Under the pieces are notes generated by a model. That model saw only the letters and a list, made by a program, of their open reading frames with translations, was not told where the DNA came from and made no database searches. The position numbers and the translations under genes were made by a program. From the NCBI RefSeq assembly GCF_006345805.1, contig NC_042998.1:63054001-63118000 (forward strand): 64,000 nt of DNA. Direction: 5' to 3'. Shown piece after piece: positions 10,705 to 25,895 of this stretch. Origin of the DNA: Octopus sinensis. Its lineage: Eukaryota. Position 1 is the first letter of the stretch, and each line of letters starts with the position of its first letter.

Positions 10705-12499
10705 GTATGTAGCGCTAATATTACACTATTTTCTTCGATCGGGCGATCTACTAGTGCAAATCAGTCAACGTTGTTGACTAAATTATACATAAAGTTATGG
10801 CTTAATATGTTGGTTCAGCGGAGTGGAATGAACAACTGGATATCAGACGAATCGCATACAGGGTGTATATATATATTATGCGTCTAATGATTATGTGGCG
10901 TGTGTTAAATGGTACAAATCGAGTCAACAAGAAATATAAAGAGGAGAAAGCAGAAAATCAAGAATTACATGGAACTAAGAGGTAAAACTAATCTGAAGAG
11001 GCTGCATTCCACGAAGGAGATCACAAAAGTCCCACAAAAGGAATGAAACGCTGTTCTGGCGAAGATCCCTTTAATTCAGTACGTATAAAAGAATAACAAA
11101 TTTTCATGCTGATGATATATATAGCACAATATTTTCATTCGGTTTTGCTATTTTGCTCCTGGCATTGCTTCTGATTTACATTACGATGCAAGCGCCACAA
11201 GAGATGTTATCACATTGGACCTTTTCGTTTTGAATTCCCGGTTTATCAACACTCATTTCTATTGCTTTCCAGCTCTCCTGTCTCTGTAGTATGGTACCTT
11301 TGTTTAGAGGAACGGAAGAACTTATGTACAACTCGCATACTTCCAGCAGAAGGAGCTATACTAAAAGTAGCCGAGAAATAAATCGGTGTAGGAAGTCAGT
11401 CAGCCAAAGAAGACACCTCGGAAGGAGATGGCAAAAATACCAGAAGATATCTCGACAGAATGGAAGTAATAGATTTTAAATAATTTTAAATAATGCTTTT
11501 TCTTCTTTCTTCTCTTAAAATGCGGACAAATGATGTTTGTAAGCCATCATCTGGAAATTTATAAACGTCGTGTGACATTTTTCGTTTCACTTCTTACGTT
11601 AGTTTGCATAGTCGGCTGCTGCCACAAGCAGTCATACGCTAAAAACGAATTTATAACATTTGAATCGCTACTGTGTTTGAGGTTTACAGGGAACCGAACA
11701 CAATATGTTTGTCTATTACTGACGTGGCTTAAAGTCATTCAGTTGTTCTGCGTTCACAAATATTTCTTCGGAATATTCAAGTAAAACTTCGTGAGTAGCG
11801 CTTTCCATCTCAATCTTGTCTGTGGAGTATTCAGTCACTTGCACGTTAATTTCACGAACAGGCCATTCCGGATCAACCGGAAGCCTCATGGTCGTAATTG
11901 AGGGAATGTCAGTAGCATGTATACATATATTATATCATATCTTGATGCTGTGTAGACTAAGAACGATGTTGACAGGCTGCTGATATTGAATGAAGCGTTA
12001 AGTGCTTATGGTATACGAATTAGTAGCTCCAGTTCTTTGTAGTGACTAGATTTGTTGAGTATATAAATCGATTGTGATGAGAGCACAATTGACAATTTTG
12101 CTTTTTCTTCTTTTTTCTATTAATGGAGCTAAAACTCACGTCTTCTCTCTATAACAGTCCAGACCAACTAGTGTTGCATTCTGAGTAACCGGAAGTAAGC
12201 AAGCTACTTACAACAAGGCACTCCTGCGCCTAATGCATAATATTTTCATTTGTTCGAGCGGTCGACGGTCGTCCTGGAAGCGGCTGGTCCTCAAGCGACA
12301 AGTAACCATTCCTACAGCGCGGAAACCACTCGTAAACATGTGTTTTCCTCATTGCAGCTTCCTTCTAAGCTGTTTGAAGCACGAAAACTATTTTGCCCAT
12401 CGTTTTCCCCAGCAGAAAGCAGAATTTCACAGAAAAATGCTATTCCCTCGTATTAGCCATCACAAAATTCAACGAAGGGGGAAGAAGTATTGCAAATCA

Positions 12500-12656
12500 A
12501 TGACGTACCACGTGGCAGTAGGACTCTAGTCGACGACATCGGTCGACAGACTGAGGCCTGAGGGTCACATTGAGTGAGTGGCTTCTAGCGGCAGCCCCCG
12601 AACTACAACGGGTTTGTCTCACAGAGAAAGTTTCCGGTTGCTTTTGGATACTCCCT

Positions 12657-12659
<3 letters not shown>
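12500..12659 (-). mobile_element. Mariner-like terminal fragment
   Basis: The end reads (TA)TGCGAGGGAGTATCCAAAAG, resembling a TACGAGGG-type mariner TIR abutting (TA)n. No partner TIR found. Confidence 0.4.
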
Positions 12660-12697
<38 letters not shown>

Positions 12698-12898
12698 GTA
12701 TATAAACATATATATTTATATACATATATATATATATATATACATATATACATACATATATATTTATATTCATATATAGATACGTATATATTTATATATA
12801 TATGTACATATATATATATATATACATATATATATATGTATAAATATGTATACATGCATACATACATGCATACATACATACACACACACACAGACACA

Positions 12899-12966
<68 letters not shown>
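12660..12966. repeat. Compound (TA)n/(TACA)n/(CA)n microsatellite
   Basis: Direct inspection. Confidence 0.95.
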
Positions 12967-13445
12967 ATTTGTGCATTCAAAGCAATGAATAGTTGTATTC
13001 AAAGCAATGATTAGTAACCTACGAAAACGGTATGCTTGAATTTCTTTAACAATAATGATTTTTATTACTTTTGTTCCTACCTCAGTTCATCTAATTGTAT
13101 ATATCATTCGTTACTTTTCATAGAAAGCTTTTACTTTTTGTATTTACAATGTGCATTTTCGTTTATTTTTCTTACATTCTCCTTACATTACCACGTGTAG
13201 TTTCTATCTTCTTTTTGTAACATATATCTATTTTAAATATATATATAGTGAGAATTCACAAAAAAAAAGCCCAAACGAGGAAGGGGAGATATTAAAGCAG
13301 TGGTACTTAATTTAGATGCACCAGAATTTTGTATGGTGTTATCCATAAAAATTTGTGGGGTGATTATAATCAAAATAAGCAACAAGAATGACTCCGGTAA
13401 TTTGGTACAATCGTTACGTACTACATCATTTTATTAAATGTTGTA

Positions 13446-13535
<90 letters not shown>

Positions 13536-13655
13536 TATATGTATACATATACATTTACATACATATATATGTATACATATATATATATATACACACACAT
13601 ATATATTAGTGGTGAAAACCGGTTTAAAGTGTTACCCTGGGTAAGAATAGGGGTT

Positions 13656-13712
13656 AAGGTCTGACGATAAGTCATGAAGGTAACCTTTATGGGAGAAACC
13701 CAAACCAGCCTT
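13656..13712 (+). ncRNA. Degenerate HHR-like motif
   Basis: CTGACGA 13661-13667, 9-bp hairpin TCATGAAGG/CCTTTATGG, GAAA 13695-13698. Stem III and the triplet are not intact. Confidence 0.35.
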
Positions 13713-13803
13713 CACGAGTAATAAACATGGACTGCTCTACTTCTTAGAGTGTGCTTCTTCCCTGGTTTTATGTTTTTAATAAAAAAAAACGATTACACAC
13801 ACA

Positions 13804-13887
<84 letters not shown>

Positions 13888-13968
13888 GATATATCAGTAG
13901 GAATAGTATGATAAATGAATCAATGTGACCCAGATATTATGGAAATAGAGGAATTTATCTGTAATATA

Positions 13969-14162
13969 ATATGTGACAATTATTTGGTTGCCATAATAAA
14001 ACTCCGAGTTTCGGATGTCGGGGTGGAAATCTGCTCCGGTATCTCGTCGGTTGTGAAGTCATTTTTTGATTGCCTTGATAACTGACGAGATGCCGGAGCA
14101 GATTTCCGCCCCGACATCCGAAACTCGGAGTTTTACTATGGTAACCGAATTATTGTCCCATA

Positions 14163-14163
<1 letters not shown>
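13969..14163. mobile_element. About 195-bp palindrome (inverted pLTR duplication) containing an HHR
   Basis: Arms about 13969-14052 / 14080-14163 are near-perfect reverse complements; embedded in (TA)n. Confidence 0.85.
14079..14135 (+). ncRNA. Type I hammerhead ribozyme (GUU triplet)
   Basis: TAA-CTGACGA(14082-14088)-GATG...CATC-C-GAAA(14120-14123)-CTCGGAG-TT-TTA. Quasi-palindromic stem III ACTC-G-GAGT; short 3-bp stem I. Confidence 0.65.
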
Positions 14164-14240
<77 letters not shown>

Positions 14241-16796
14241 ATGTTTTACATTTTGGTGAAAATATCTGCTGAATATTTCAAAATGGTGGTAATTTTGCTA
14301 TTCAATTGTTACTTTGGTGACATTTGTACGTTTTATAGAACACCAATTTGAAGTAAAACACTTAGAAAGTGAAGAAGTAATTACTTTTACCTCTTCTATG
14401 TTGCTTCATGCACAAAGGTGAGAGAGTATTCTGCAAATGTGCTACGGTTAAAAAAAATATAACAGTAATGTATTCAAGCAGGAATTAATTATTATTTTAG
14501 AAATGGAAGAGTAGAATAATTATTTTAACACCGGTGAACCGAGAAACGTGTATAAATGTAAAGCAAAAATAAATTAGAAATTATTATATATATATTTTAT
14601 AGAAACAGAATTGAATATGATTTTACTTACATTGCAAAAAAACCCATTAACATCACGGAATAATTTTCTGCTGCAGCTTCAATTTTTGTTTGTTTTTCGG
14701 TATAATGGATTAAGAGAGAAACTGGTTTTCATGCTGAATGTAGTTACGTTAACAATCTACTCGAAAGTACTGAAAAGGAAATACTGTGGAGAAGCAAATC
14801 AATCAAGAAAGGAAGGGAGAGAGAGAGGGGGGATTGAGGGATATATAGAGAGGGAAAGCTATGAAAGCGTTGTAATAGTTAGTAATAGGGTAAGTAAAGG
14901 AAACGATAATGATGATGCGTAACAGAAGGAGGAGAAGGATAAAGATTCATAACAATAACAATGATAATTATTTATAACAAAGGCATACGAGGCTGCACAT
15001 TTGGGAAGGGGCCAATTGTGAACACAAACCAAAGTGACATTTTTCAACGACAGAGCATTGCAGGAAGAGATGGCGGCAGAGGATAAAGTAATGAAAGCTA
15101 ACAAGCTGAGGAAGGCATTATATATTAATGTTACCGACCACCTTTCTAATTCACATGAAAGCCTGTTAAGTACCTTTGTTGAACATTATGGTTAGAATGG
15201 AAACAAATCGATCATTTCTCTACGAGTAGAACTTTCCTAAGAAGTGCGATTAGACTTTTATCAGCTAAATTTCGTAGCCAAGGCAGCGAATCAAAGGATT
15301 TATAAATTGCATATCCACTGAACATGATAAACAACCATAAAGGTATGGTAGTCTTAAATGACCGAGGTTGATGGAATGTAACTCCGTTCCCCTTCATTGA
15401 CATTCTTATAATTTATAATATCCGAGGTTATTATGTATCGATCTCTAACTTCACTAGAAACTTATACATGTATGCGTAAATGAAGGGTTATGTTCAATTG
15501 GAGCGATCTCACTATTTATTTATTATTAGTAATTATGTCATTGATGAAAGGTAAAGTAAACGTTTATAGAATTTTAACAAGGAAACGGAAATAATATTTT
15601 CAATTAAGTACCGCTATGTATTGAAACCGAAACTGTTATTTCTACCATTCCACTTGAAACCTATAAAACGTTGATTTGTTTCCTAATATAATATCAACAA
15701 TTCTAAGAATCGATCTAATTGATGGAATGGGCCCGCCCCCAGTGCATTACTGATAAGGATATTAAAGGTTAAATGAAATCCAGCTGCATTTGAAAGCCTA
15801 ACGTATACAAAATATCATAAATACATTTTGCTAATTTCTTTACCGATTCTGCCAACCAGCTACAATTAGAAGCAATTAATTATGATACAAGGCCAATGTA
15901 TTTAGGGGACAATATAGACAATTAAGGTGGGAAATTTGCTGAATCGTTCGAGCGTCGGGTTAATAGATTGTAGTAACTTACTTAGGGCTTCTGGTTTCTG
16001 AATTAATTTCTAGCCGGGGACAACTTTACCCATCATCCATCCCGCGTTCCTCGTTGCGCAAAGAAAATGGATGTAGGACAGAAAGCACAGAAAAGAAGAA
16101 GCGGTTTATGAATGGAAAGCAACTCCATACGACCGAAGACGAACTTAAGCACATGGATTACAATACAGACCAGAAATAATGAAAAGAAACGGATAGTAGG
16201 CGATTACGTCTAAGATCTTCACTTCTACTTTACACCTGATAATCAGTGATGGCGATACAGCAATGTATAATAATTTTCTTTCTAAGTATCAATTGCTTTA
16301 TTTTTATGAACCATACCGAAGTCGACATCAGCGTGATTTGAACGGTGAGTGATGTAAGCAAACGCAGGAAGAAGTTTTACCTAATGTACGAAACCACAGG
16401 CACTTAGAGGATATTAATTATTGAAGAGATACATTGTTAACGATTTGACAGTTTACGACTAAAGTAATACATTTTAAAACCTACATTAAGTTTAGTTTGA
16501 GCAACATCATTTATTTATTTTGTGCTAAGTTAAATACGCCAAGAGACGACATGCAAGAAGGCCAAGGGACACAAACACTGGAAAGAATTTTTATTTTAAT
16601 GTTATTTACATTTAGATGCAAATGTAAATATTTACATAACACAATTGTTCTCTGTCTCTCCTTCTCTCTCTAACTATATCACGCTTAAAAACACAAAGCT
16701 GCCCGAACAATACATATACACACATATATGTGCGTATACATACATACATACATACATACATACATACATACATACATACATACATACATACATACG

Positions 16797-16840
<44 letters not shown>

Positions 16841-18293
16841 AGTTTATACAAACATATTAATATTTGTTTTTATGCAGAGTTATAAAGCAGTCAAACATTA
16901 AATTGAAGAACACTCAATAACTTTCACTTGACTATCATATTTATTTTATCTTTACAAGGAAATGGTTGACAGTTCCTTCAATGTTTCACTTCAGTAGTTC
17001 ACATCAGACTGTCTTTTGAAGACCACTAAGCCGCAACTTCAAAATACTGTCAACTTTTTCCTTTTAAAATACCTGTGTGCGTACGTGTGTATGTGTGTGT
17101 GTTTGTGTGTATTTAAAATGAAATCCTTCGATGCAACATCACGGCTCCATTTAATGATTTAAAGAACAAAAGAATAAAAGAATACTTCGGGAAGATAAAT
17201 AATTATGGAAACAAATACAATCTAACTGACAGAATCATCATTACTGTTCGCTATTACTTCCAGGATAATTGGAGAAAAGCGGAATTTGAAAGGACATAAA
17301 AATAGTTCATGGGGATTTTATTATGAATATACAGTAATCCCTCGTCTATTGTGGATGTTATGTTCCAAAATCCCCTTTGATAGGTGAAAATCCGCGTAGT
17401 AGAAACAACACTATATTCCTTCTATTATTTTAATAATTTGTAAATATTTATTTATTATAAATGCAAAATAACACCACAGAGGAATCGACATAAGCTTAAA
17501 TAATAAACTGAGATAAATGAACCGCGATATGTGAACGGCGATATGGCGCAGGCTACGGTAATGGTTTGAAGCTTTTGCAGGCGAAAGGCTACCAAAATTA
17601 GGGGAGGGGAATAAATGAGTACATAACAGGTATTTATTTTATAGACTTCGGAATAATAAAAAGTAAAGACGACCTCGGCGGAATTTGAACTCAGAACGTA
17701 AAGACGGACGAAATGCCAGCTCGTTGCCTTACACTATAAATTAAATAATAAAAAAACTGCTTGTTTGGCAGGATTATTTTTTCCGAAACAACATACAACT
17801 TAAATAAAGATACTTCGAACATACTCGTCGAAAAAGACTGCGAAACAACAACAATAAAAATAGTGCATGTTTGTGCAATCAATTCCAAATGAACAAACAT
17901 ATCCTTTCCAATTTCTACAGACTTTCATCAGTCTCACAAAAATGACAACGTAAATATCGCATTCAAAGTTTGCAGACAGTCAAACTGCCAGCTATCACGC
18001 AGCAGACTTGACATTTTCCCAGAGAAAAAATGACAATAAGCTGTTAATATATCTCTTGGTGAATGGTTGTGATTGTATGCAGAAGAGGCATAGAAATCGA
18101 CTACAAAACATTGTATAACACGCTGGATATCAAAATAATATTTATAAGTGTTACAAATGCCATTGGTACATTACATAAGTACACACAAACACTCACACAT
18201 ATACGATTGTTTGTATATATGTATGCAGGCGTGCGCGAACACACACACACACGTATATACATGCATATATGCATGTATGTATGTGTGTATGTG

Positions 18294-18382
<89 letters not shown>

Positions 18383-18427
18383 GGTATATATATATGTATA
18401 TATATACACACACATTGCTACATATAT

Positions 18428-18498
<71 letters not shown>

Positions 18499-18502
18499 CA
18501 TA

Positions 18503-18538
<36 letters not shown>

Positions 18539-18562
18539 TGTATGTATATATATATATATATA

Positions 18563-19300
18563 CAGGGTGCAGTGACTATATTGTCGTCTGAATTACGTAA
18601 AAATGAAAATAACACTGATTTCTCATTTTAACAGATATATTGTCTTGTTTAAGTTGGTGAATGCTGCCATAATCCTTACCTTCAGTTCATCTTTGGTTTT
18701 GCAAGGAGTTTTGTTGGTTTCGCGCTCAACTGCGCCCCACACATAATATTCAAGGGGGTTGCAGTGTCGGGAGTTAGGTGGCCAGATGTTAGGGTCGATG
18801 TGGTCGCAGAAATTGCTTGACAGCCGTGACTGGGTTCTCGTGCATGTGTGGTATACTGCAGAGTCCTGTTGCCAGACATAGGAGTCTTCCAGCAGCCTTC
18901 CTCTTGAACCAGGTCAGCACTACCTCCGTAGTACTCCGTTTTGAGTGCGAGGCCTTGTGGGAAGATGAAAGGAGACATAACGTCGCTATCACTAATGATT
19001 ACACCAAGCACCATGATGTTGACTGGATGTTTAATTTTTAGCACTCCCGGTACAGGTTCATATTGGTACTTGATCGTATTGGACTCTCCTGCGCGAATGC
19101 CAAGCAGTACAACATGTTATTTCCATATTTCTGGAGGAGTGAACTGCGTCATGGCGCTGGTTTTCTCACAGACGGTGCACAACTGATCATATTATACTGT
19201 GTAATCGAAAGATCAAAAATAAACAATACGCGTGCACGGAATAAAAAAATATAAAATGACGACAATTTACTCATCACTGCTAGAGGATGGTAGGGATTCG
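18563..19300 (-). mobile_element. Decayed, internally deleted Tc1/mariner of the DD37D (maT-like) type
   Basis: - strand WQQDSAVYHTCTRTQSRLSSNFCDHIDPNIWPPNSRHCNPLEYYVWG: 37 residues between the 2nd and 3rd acidic positions. KHPVNIMVLGV motif. TACAGGGTG terminus. Confidence 0.8.
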
Positions 19301-19344
19301 ATCCCCTTCTAGCAATACACACACACACACAGACACAGACACAG

Positions 19345-19380
<36 letters not shown>

Positions 19381-19535
19381 GTACAGGGTGCAACAACGAT
19401 AACCAACTGGCGAAAGATATGCCTGGTATTCAACTAGCAGTAACAGGGAACAACCATTTTGATGTGGCGACTAACTTCACTGCTTAGTATATTACTCTAA
19501 TCCCTTCTTGATATTTTGCAGGTAGTTTCTTTGCT

Positions 19536-19588
<53 letters not shown>

Positions 19589-19854
19589 TAAAAAATGAGA
19601 CAACAAAGGCAAAGCAGTGTTTATGGCTTCTGGATGCCAAAACCTCTAATATTTGATATGTTTGTGTCTTTTTTCTGGATGTTTACAATATCAAGACTTT
19701 AACCCATATGGATTTAGGCAGGATTGTACCTATTTCTACACGATCGGGAATTTGAAGTTTGAACTTTTATGCTTCTTTTTCTTCTCTTTCTTTATCTCCT
19801 TATTCCTCACTGTCGTCATTTCTTTAATCTATATCCCTCTAATTTTCCCTATAT

Positions 19855-19910
19855 GTCTCCGATGACGGAATAGCCCATACACTGGGATATCCCAGAAACA
19901 GCTGTAAGAT
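19855..19910 (+). ncRNA. Near-intact type I HHR (U4C variant) in a pLTR-like remnant (about 19590-19950)
   Basis: GTCT-CCGATGA-[CGGAATAGCCCA TACAC TGGGATATCCCA]-GAAA-CAGCTG-TA-AGAT; palindromic stem III ACAGCTGT; GUA triplet. Confidence 0.6.
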
Positions 19911-19969
19911 TTTGAATGTTTCCCAATACTATTAATGTATATGCGTAACGTCTGTTGTTCTCTCTAACA

Positions 19970-20052
<83 letters not shown>

Positions 20053-20082
20053 CCCCCCCTCTCTCTCTCTCTCTCTCTCTGT

Positions 20083-20113
<31 letters not shown>

Positions 20114-20238
20114 GTGTGTCCAAATTTGGCCAAATGCGTTTTTTTTTCAATATTTATTTTTGCTTGCAATATCCGATTCCTTTGATCAAACTATCGCATC
20201 TCTAGCTGCTTCAGATGGCACAATATCGAAAATTGTCA

Positions 20239-21510
20239 AAGGGTGTTCAATTTAAAAGTTGACTCTATTGATTAACTGTCAAATTATTGACTCCCACTGA
20301 TTGGCTCGCTATGCCAAATTGATTTAAGCCTTTTACAAGTGTAACGCATTCATTCGAGATTTCCTCAGGAGTTGTAATGGTCTTCTCAGCGCAGCAACGT
20401 TCATTTATTGTGGAATCTTATTTTAGATCAGGACTTTTATCAATGGGCGATGGATTTACTCCTTTGACAATTGCGTTACCGATATTATGAGCGAATATCC
20501 AAATGTGCCGCGGCCAACAAAGCCGGCAATTAATGTTCTAATTAAAAAGTTTAGGAAGACGGGTTCAGTTGAAAACAAGAAACATGTTCGCCGACGTCCC
20601 CGCCTTTCTGATGATGTCATGGAAGATATCCGTCAACGAATTCTTCGCAGTCTCAGGAAATGTGTACGACGTTTGTCTCATGAAAGTGGATTATCTGTTG
20701 GCAGCTACCATACTGCTCTTCGTAAATCACTGAAATTGTACCCATACTTATTCCTGCTGATTTTACCAAAAGACTGGATTACAGCAAATGGTTTCAAGAA
20801 AATATGAATGATAACCAACTTCACATGACCTTCTTCAGTGATGAGGCTTGGATTCACCAATCGGGATACTAAAATTCGCAAAACACTCGCATCTGGATTG
20901 CTCTCAATCCTCACAAGTTTGTCGAATTACCCTTACATGCAGTGGAGATTGGTGTATAGATGATTATCAGCAGGCGAAGAATAGTAGGACCGATGTTTTC
21001 CCTCAAAAAACCTTGAATTCGGAACGTTATTGTGAGATAATTGATCAGTTTGTTGAGCAGCTAACTGAGAATGAGGACTCAGCAACATGTCATGTTAGCA
21101 ACCACACTTTGTTTCATGATAAACGTTTGAACACAGGTTTATCACGAAATGCCTCTGCCACTCAGATCGCTAGAGTTAACGCCACTCGATTTCTTTTTAT
21201 ACGGCTATATCAAGGACGCTGCGTTTGCAAAGAATCCGCATAAATTTGATGGACTGTGTATGGATATTACTGATATTGTTCAAAATATCCTACGTGAAGA
21301 TTTGATCAATGTGTTCCAGAACAAACGTCGTTGTGTTGACTTATGTCTACAACATGGCGACCAATAATTACAACACCTTTTGTAACCAGTTTGACGTTGT
21401 AACTTTTAAATGAGCATTTTGATAAAAGTATGTTTGTGCATAATAGTATTACACATCCGTTATAACTATTAATAAATACAGTCGAGTCAACTTTTAAATT
21501 GAACATCCTG
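20239..21510 (+). mobile_element. Tc1/mariner superfamily element, rosa (DD41D)-like, disrupted transposase (about 20377-21390)
   Basis: TIRs (C)AGG(G/A)TGTTCAATTTAAAAGTTGACTC at 20239-20265 and 21484-21510. Motifs KFRKTGSV, SDEAWIH, DSATCH and RSLELTPLDFFLYGYIK, with stops and frameshifts. Confidence 0.85.
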
Positions 21511-21580
21511 TACAATGGTTTTGCTACTGAATGGTGGAGGCAATATTTTGGACTTACGACACGTTTGCATAATAGCAACG

Positions 21581-21629
<49 letters not shown>

Positions 21630-23064
21630 TCGCTATGCTCAGCCTTTATAACCACAATAACAGCGTGTCTCTTCATTTCTTGAGTAAGCTTAAGGTCTGC
21701 CGTAATTATTTTATGAAACAAAGATTATACAGTGTGAGCAAAATATGCAGCAATGGCCCCAAAACATTACGCACCCTTTATATGAGTGGGTTTTTTTGTG
21801 TATTATACAAATCAACGCAGGGTTATATCAAAAGTCCGGAATTTATATTTTCGATAAACAGTAGTTGTTAATATTTACCAGCCTTAAATATGTACCAAAG
21901 TTGATGTGATTATCTAAACCTTTGAAGGTGTTGCTCCAACTTGGCTCCTGGCCAATGACTAAAACCATTGAAAGAATACCATTGATGCAGTTACTTGTTA
22001 TTTACAATTATATTTATTGTATTTTCACATAATGAACAATATTGATTCCTTCTACAATTGGAAAATGTAGTCATTCTATATAAATCTAATTCAGAGGTTG
22101 TTCTGGTACACAGCTGCACAGTAATCGTATGGAATTATTCTGTTAGAGACCAACACCATACAACTCGAGTTGCGGTCACAACATTCCATGACTTTGCATT
22201 TAAATTATTTCTAACCAACAGATCGAATAAGGTGTCTTAAATGTGTTAACGAAACAATGTAGTAGCTGCTTTTATCAATGGAGTAACATACTTTTATCCG
22301 AGTTATTACCAGGAAGTATTATGTAAGTATCATTGTTGTTTGTTGTTCGTATCTGCTAGGTCACTTCCTATAAAAGATATCAATGATAATTCGATTAGAG
22401 GCGTTTCTGTTATTTGTAAAATGTTTCATTGTCTAAAACGATTATGCAATCTCTACTTAGTATACTGTATTGTAATTTCATATTTATCTAGATATCATCC
22501 GAGTAAAATTGGCAGCCGACGGGTGCAACAATTATGTTACTTCATATAATAGCGTATTTATTGTTCAAACTGAACATCTTTTCTTTTAAACTATTCAGTC
22601 TGACAGTGGGAGGAGCCGAAAAGTGAGTATACAAATTGATACATTCTAGGCTTAATGATATCATAAGCGTATCTCTCTTTAGCCTTTGTGAATTGTCTTC
22701 TATAACTATAGAGTTAATTTAGATTGTATTACAAAAATACAGAAACACACAAACTATAATCCGATTATTATTGTGGAAAATTCCTCACGTTTTTGTTGAT
22801 GAAAATTTAAGTGCAATTTTATTATCATTTATCTGTTTGTTACTGCGAGTCAAATGTTAATTTAGCGGTTGTGGTTTCTCAACCTTTTGATGGTCGATAT
22901 AGATTATTTGTCCTTCAGGGTGATATAATGAAAGTTAATTTGGTTATAGAGCAACCGTCCTCCTGTAGCGCTAAACGAAAATCAAATCTCATAAATGATA
23001 TATGGATTGCAAGATTAATGACTACGTAGAGAATTAGAGAGTTAGATTTATTTCATCATTGTGC

Positions 23065-23420
23065 AGGCGTGGCTGCGTGGTAAGAAGTTTGGTTCTCAAG
23101 CATAAGGTGCTGAGTTCAGTCATATTGCGTGGCACCTTGGGTAATTTTTTCTCTTATAACCTCGAGACACCAAAGCCTCGTGAGTGTATTTGGCTGATGC
23201 ACATATATACATACTTATATTTATGTGTGCGTGTATGTAAGGATTGTGTGTGTGTGCATCTGTATTTTTTCCGTCACTGCTTGGCCACCGGTGCTGATGT
23301 GTTTAAGTACCCTTGAATTAGCGGTTCGGCAAAAGGAAACGATAGAATAAATACTGGGGTTCAATTCGTTCGACTGAGATTCTTCAAGGTGCCGCAGCAT
23401 AATCAATGAAACATGTAAAA
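23065..23420 (+). mobile_element. CORE-like tRNA SINE, degenerate
   Basis: GCGTGGCTGCGTGGTAAG...GAGTTCAGTC...GCACCTTGGG; 3' part resembles 8045-8205. Confidence 0.65.
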
Positions 23421-23825
23421 GGTAAGAGATGAACGTTTGTTGTGTGATTGATGAGTTCGCTTCCCAGCCACGAGTCTTCAATCCAGGCTGATCATTGTGA
23501 ATTTGGTGAACGGAGAATTTTGGTGGAACGAGTCTTTATTTTATGTATAATATAATTGGAGTGTCAGGGTATATTAAATCGCATATTTACAATTGTTTCG
23601 CGAACACTCGGGCGACAAATCAATCATCATGTATGTACCCATGAATGAGAACCATTCTCCACTTATCGTTTATCCATCGCGGTGGAAGAAATCTTCCTCA
23701 TTTCTGTTTCATTTAGATCTATGTTTTGAATGGCAAATTATTCTTTATACAATTTCAAAGACGCCATTTGCATGAGTGATGCATGAGGCAAACGCCTGGA
23801 TTGTCTTATCCCTACTAACATACTA

Positions 23826-23906
<81 letters not shown>

Positions 23907-23929
23907 GTCTGTCTGTCTGTCTGTCTGTC

Positions 23930-23985
<56 letters not shown>

Positions 23986-25705
23986 TACACATCTATCCAA
24001 GTGAAGTCAAATCAATAGTTAAGCGGTTGAATGGCAAACTTCATAGACACACGACTCTGACAGTTCCTATCGAAGTATGGCATTAAAAATAAAAGACCCA
24101 ATTCCCCAGATTTCTTCTGATGGATAACAAAGGAATAGTTTACAACGTGTGATTTCCGCATGGCTGATTAAACGTTTTGATAGAACACTAAACTGGTTTA
24201 TTCTCTATGTAAAGCTACCCAACGCAAATTCTTTTCTCTTTGTAATCGCTGCAATATCTCAGACGATGCAGATACAATTTGTTGATTTCTTTTTTTAGTT
24301 AAGACAGTTAATATAAATGCCGCAGAGGACTTTATCGTTATTAATATTTATTACGAGTTGTGGAGTAGGTCGCTTACCTTTAATTTCATAAAGTCAAATA
24401 TCAGAGGTTAATATTGATATCTTTGTGAGCAGAGAGAAATGCTAATTTATATAATTCTACTCGTTCATCAAGAAAGCTATGTAAGATGCATAAATTATAT
24501 AAGATGCATGAGAAATGGAATTAGTAGAATTTTATGATGAAGGGTCCTATTCATCTATTATCTATAGGGAAGGGCGAAGTATGAATACTAGTGTGTTAGG
24601 CAGCTGCGATGAAAAGTGAAGGAGAATGTAATCACAATCTGATGTCAAAAGTATGGACGAGGGTGCTCAATATATTTTTACATACTATTGGAATTGTGGG
24701 AGAGCCTTGGCTGCCCTAAAAGTCATGGCCTTGATATCCTCTTTGTGAATAATAAAATAATATGATGTGTAGGAGAAAATAAAGGAATATAAGCGGACGG
24801 AATACGTTCTTGATCCCCGTCAAAGTGATAGGATGTTCAACAAAAAGAGGATCACCGAGGAAAAGGAAGGAGGTTCATCTAACTGAAATATGTCTATTAA
24901 AAGGTCCTTAATACAGCCGAATTATGTTTGAAATTACGTTTGGTGCTTCAGTGCAATTGAATCTAGAATTTTCTCTGCTGTTATTTCGTAATGCTATACT
25001 TTAGTGAAGATAATACGAATTGTATTAATCCTTTGTGCGAATGCCTAGATATGACAAAAGCCAGTGAAGTCAAGGGAGGATTCGCCCTATCAATCAAAAT
25101 TATTGATACATTACTTGTGAATTAACAAAGCTTTTGATCTGCAAACTACTCCACCGTTTACATTTGCAGGTATTTCACCATTTACAAATAAAAATAGACG
25201 AATCGATAACTTACTATTGGAACAAATATAAATATGGTATACCCAGAACAACTATATATCTTTATAAAATGCAGTGTCGTATTACAAATCATCTCTGGAC
25301 ACGTATTTCGAAAGTATAGCAATGGCATCAAGACTTATTATACAATAATAAACCCACGGGAAAATAAAATATCTGTAAATTTCAATGTGAAACTGGTTCC
25401 ACTTTCTAATTTTCTTTTAAGACAGGTTTATTTGAAGTAATTTTGCTCCATTGAACAGGTTTATGAAGAAAGTAACCAATCATTTAAGATACGTGTGCGA
25501 CCATTAGATGTAAAGTTGTAAAACCGAGATTAGAATATTATTATTCCAACAAGAAAGACATATTCCATTCTATAGTCGCAACAGGAAACTCTTTTGATAT
25601 TCGTTGCTTCTTTCAACCGATCCGCAGTGTCAGATATTATGCTAATTAATCCTGAGTACAGGATTTTACACACAAACTACTTAATTTGTTGTATCTAGTC
25701 AGTGA

Positions 25706-25895
25706 AAGGCGGCGAGCTGGCTGAATCAACAGCACGCTGGGCAAAATGCTTAGTCGACATTTCGTTCATATTTACGTTCAGAGTTCAACTTCCGCCGATA
25801 AAATAATTTGCAGTGGAGTGTTGTGGGTCGATGTAATCGACTAAACCCCTCCCACCGAATGTACTAGCTCTGTGCCAAAATTTGAAACTAATATC
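25706..25895 (+). mobile_element. tRNA-derived SINE (abundant family)
   Basis: GGCGGCGAGCTGGCTGAATC...GAGTTCAACTTCCGCCG head. Confidence 0.8.

Noticed and set aside
12250-12456. THAP-like ending (KNAIPSY)
   Set aside because: The required C2CH residues are not present.
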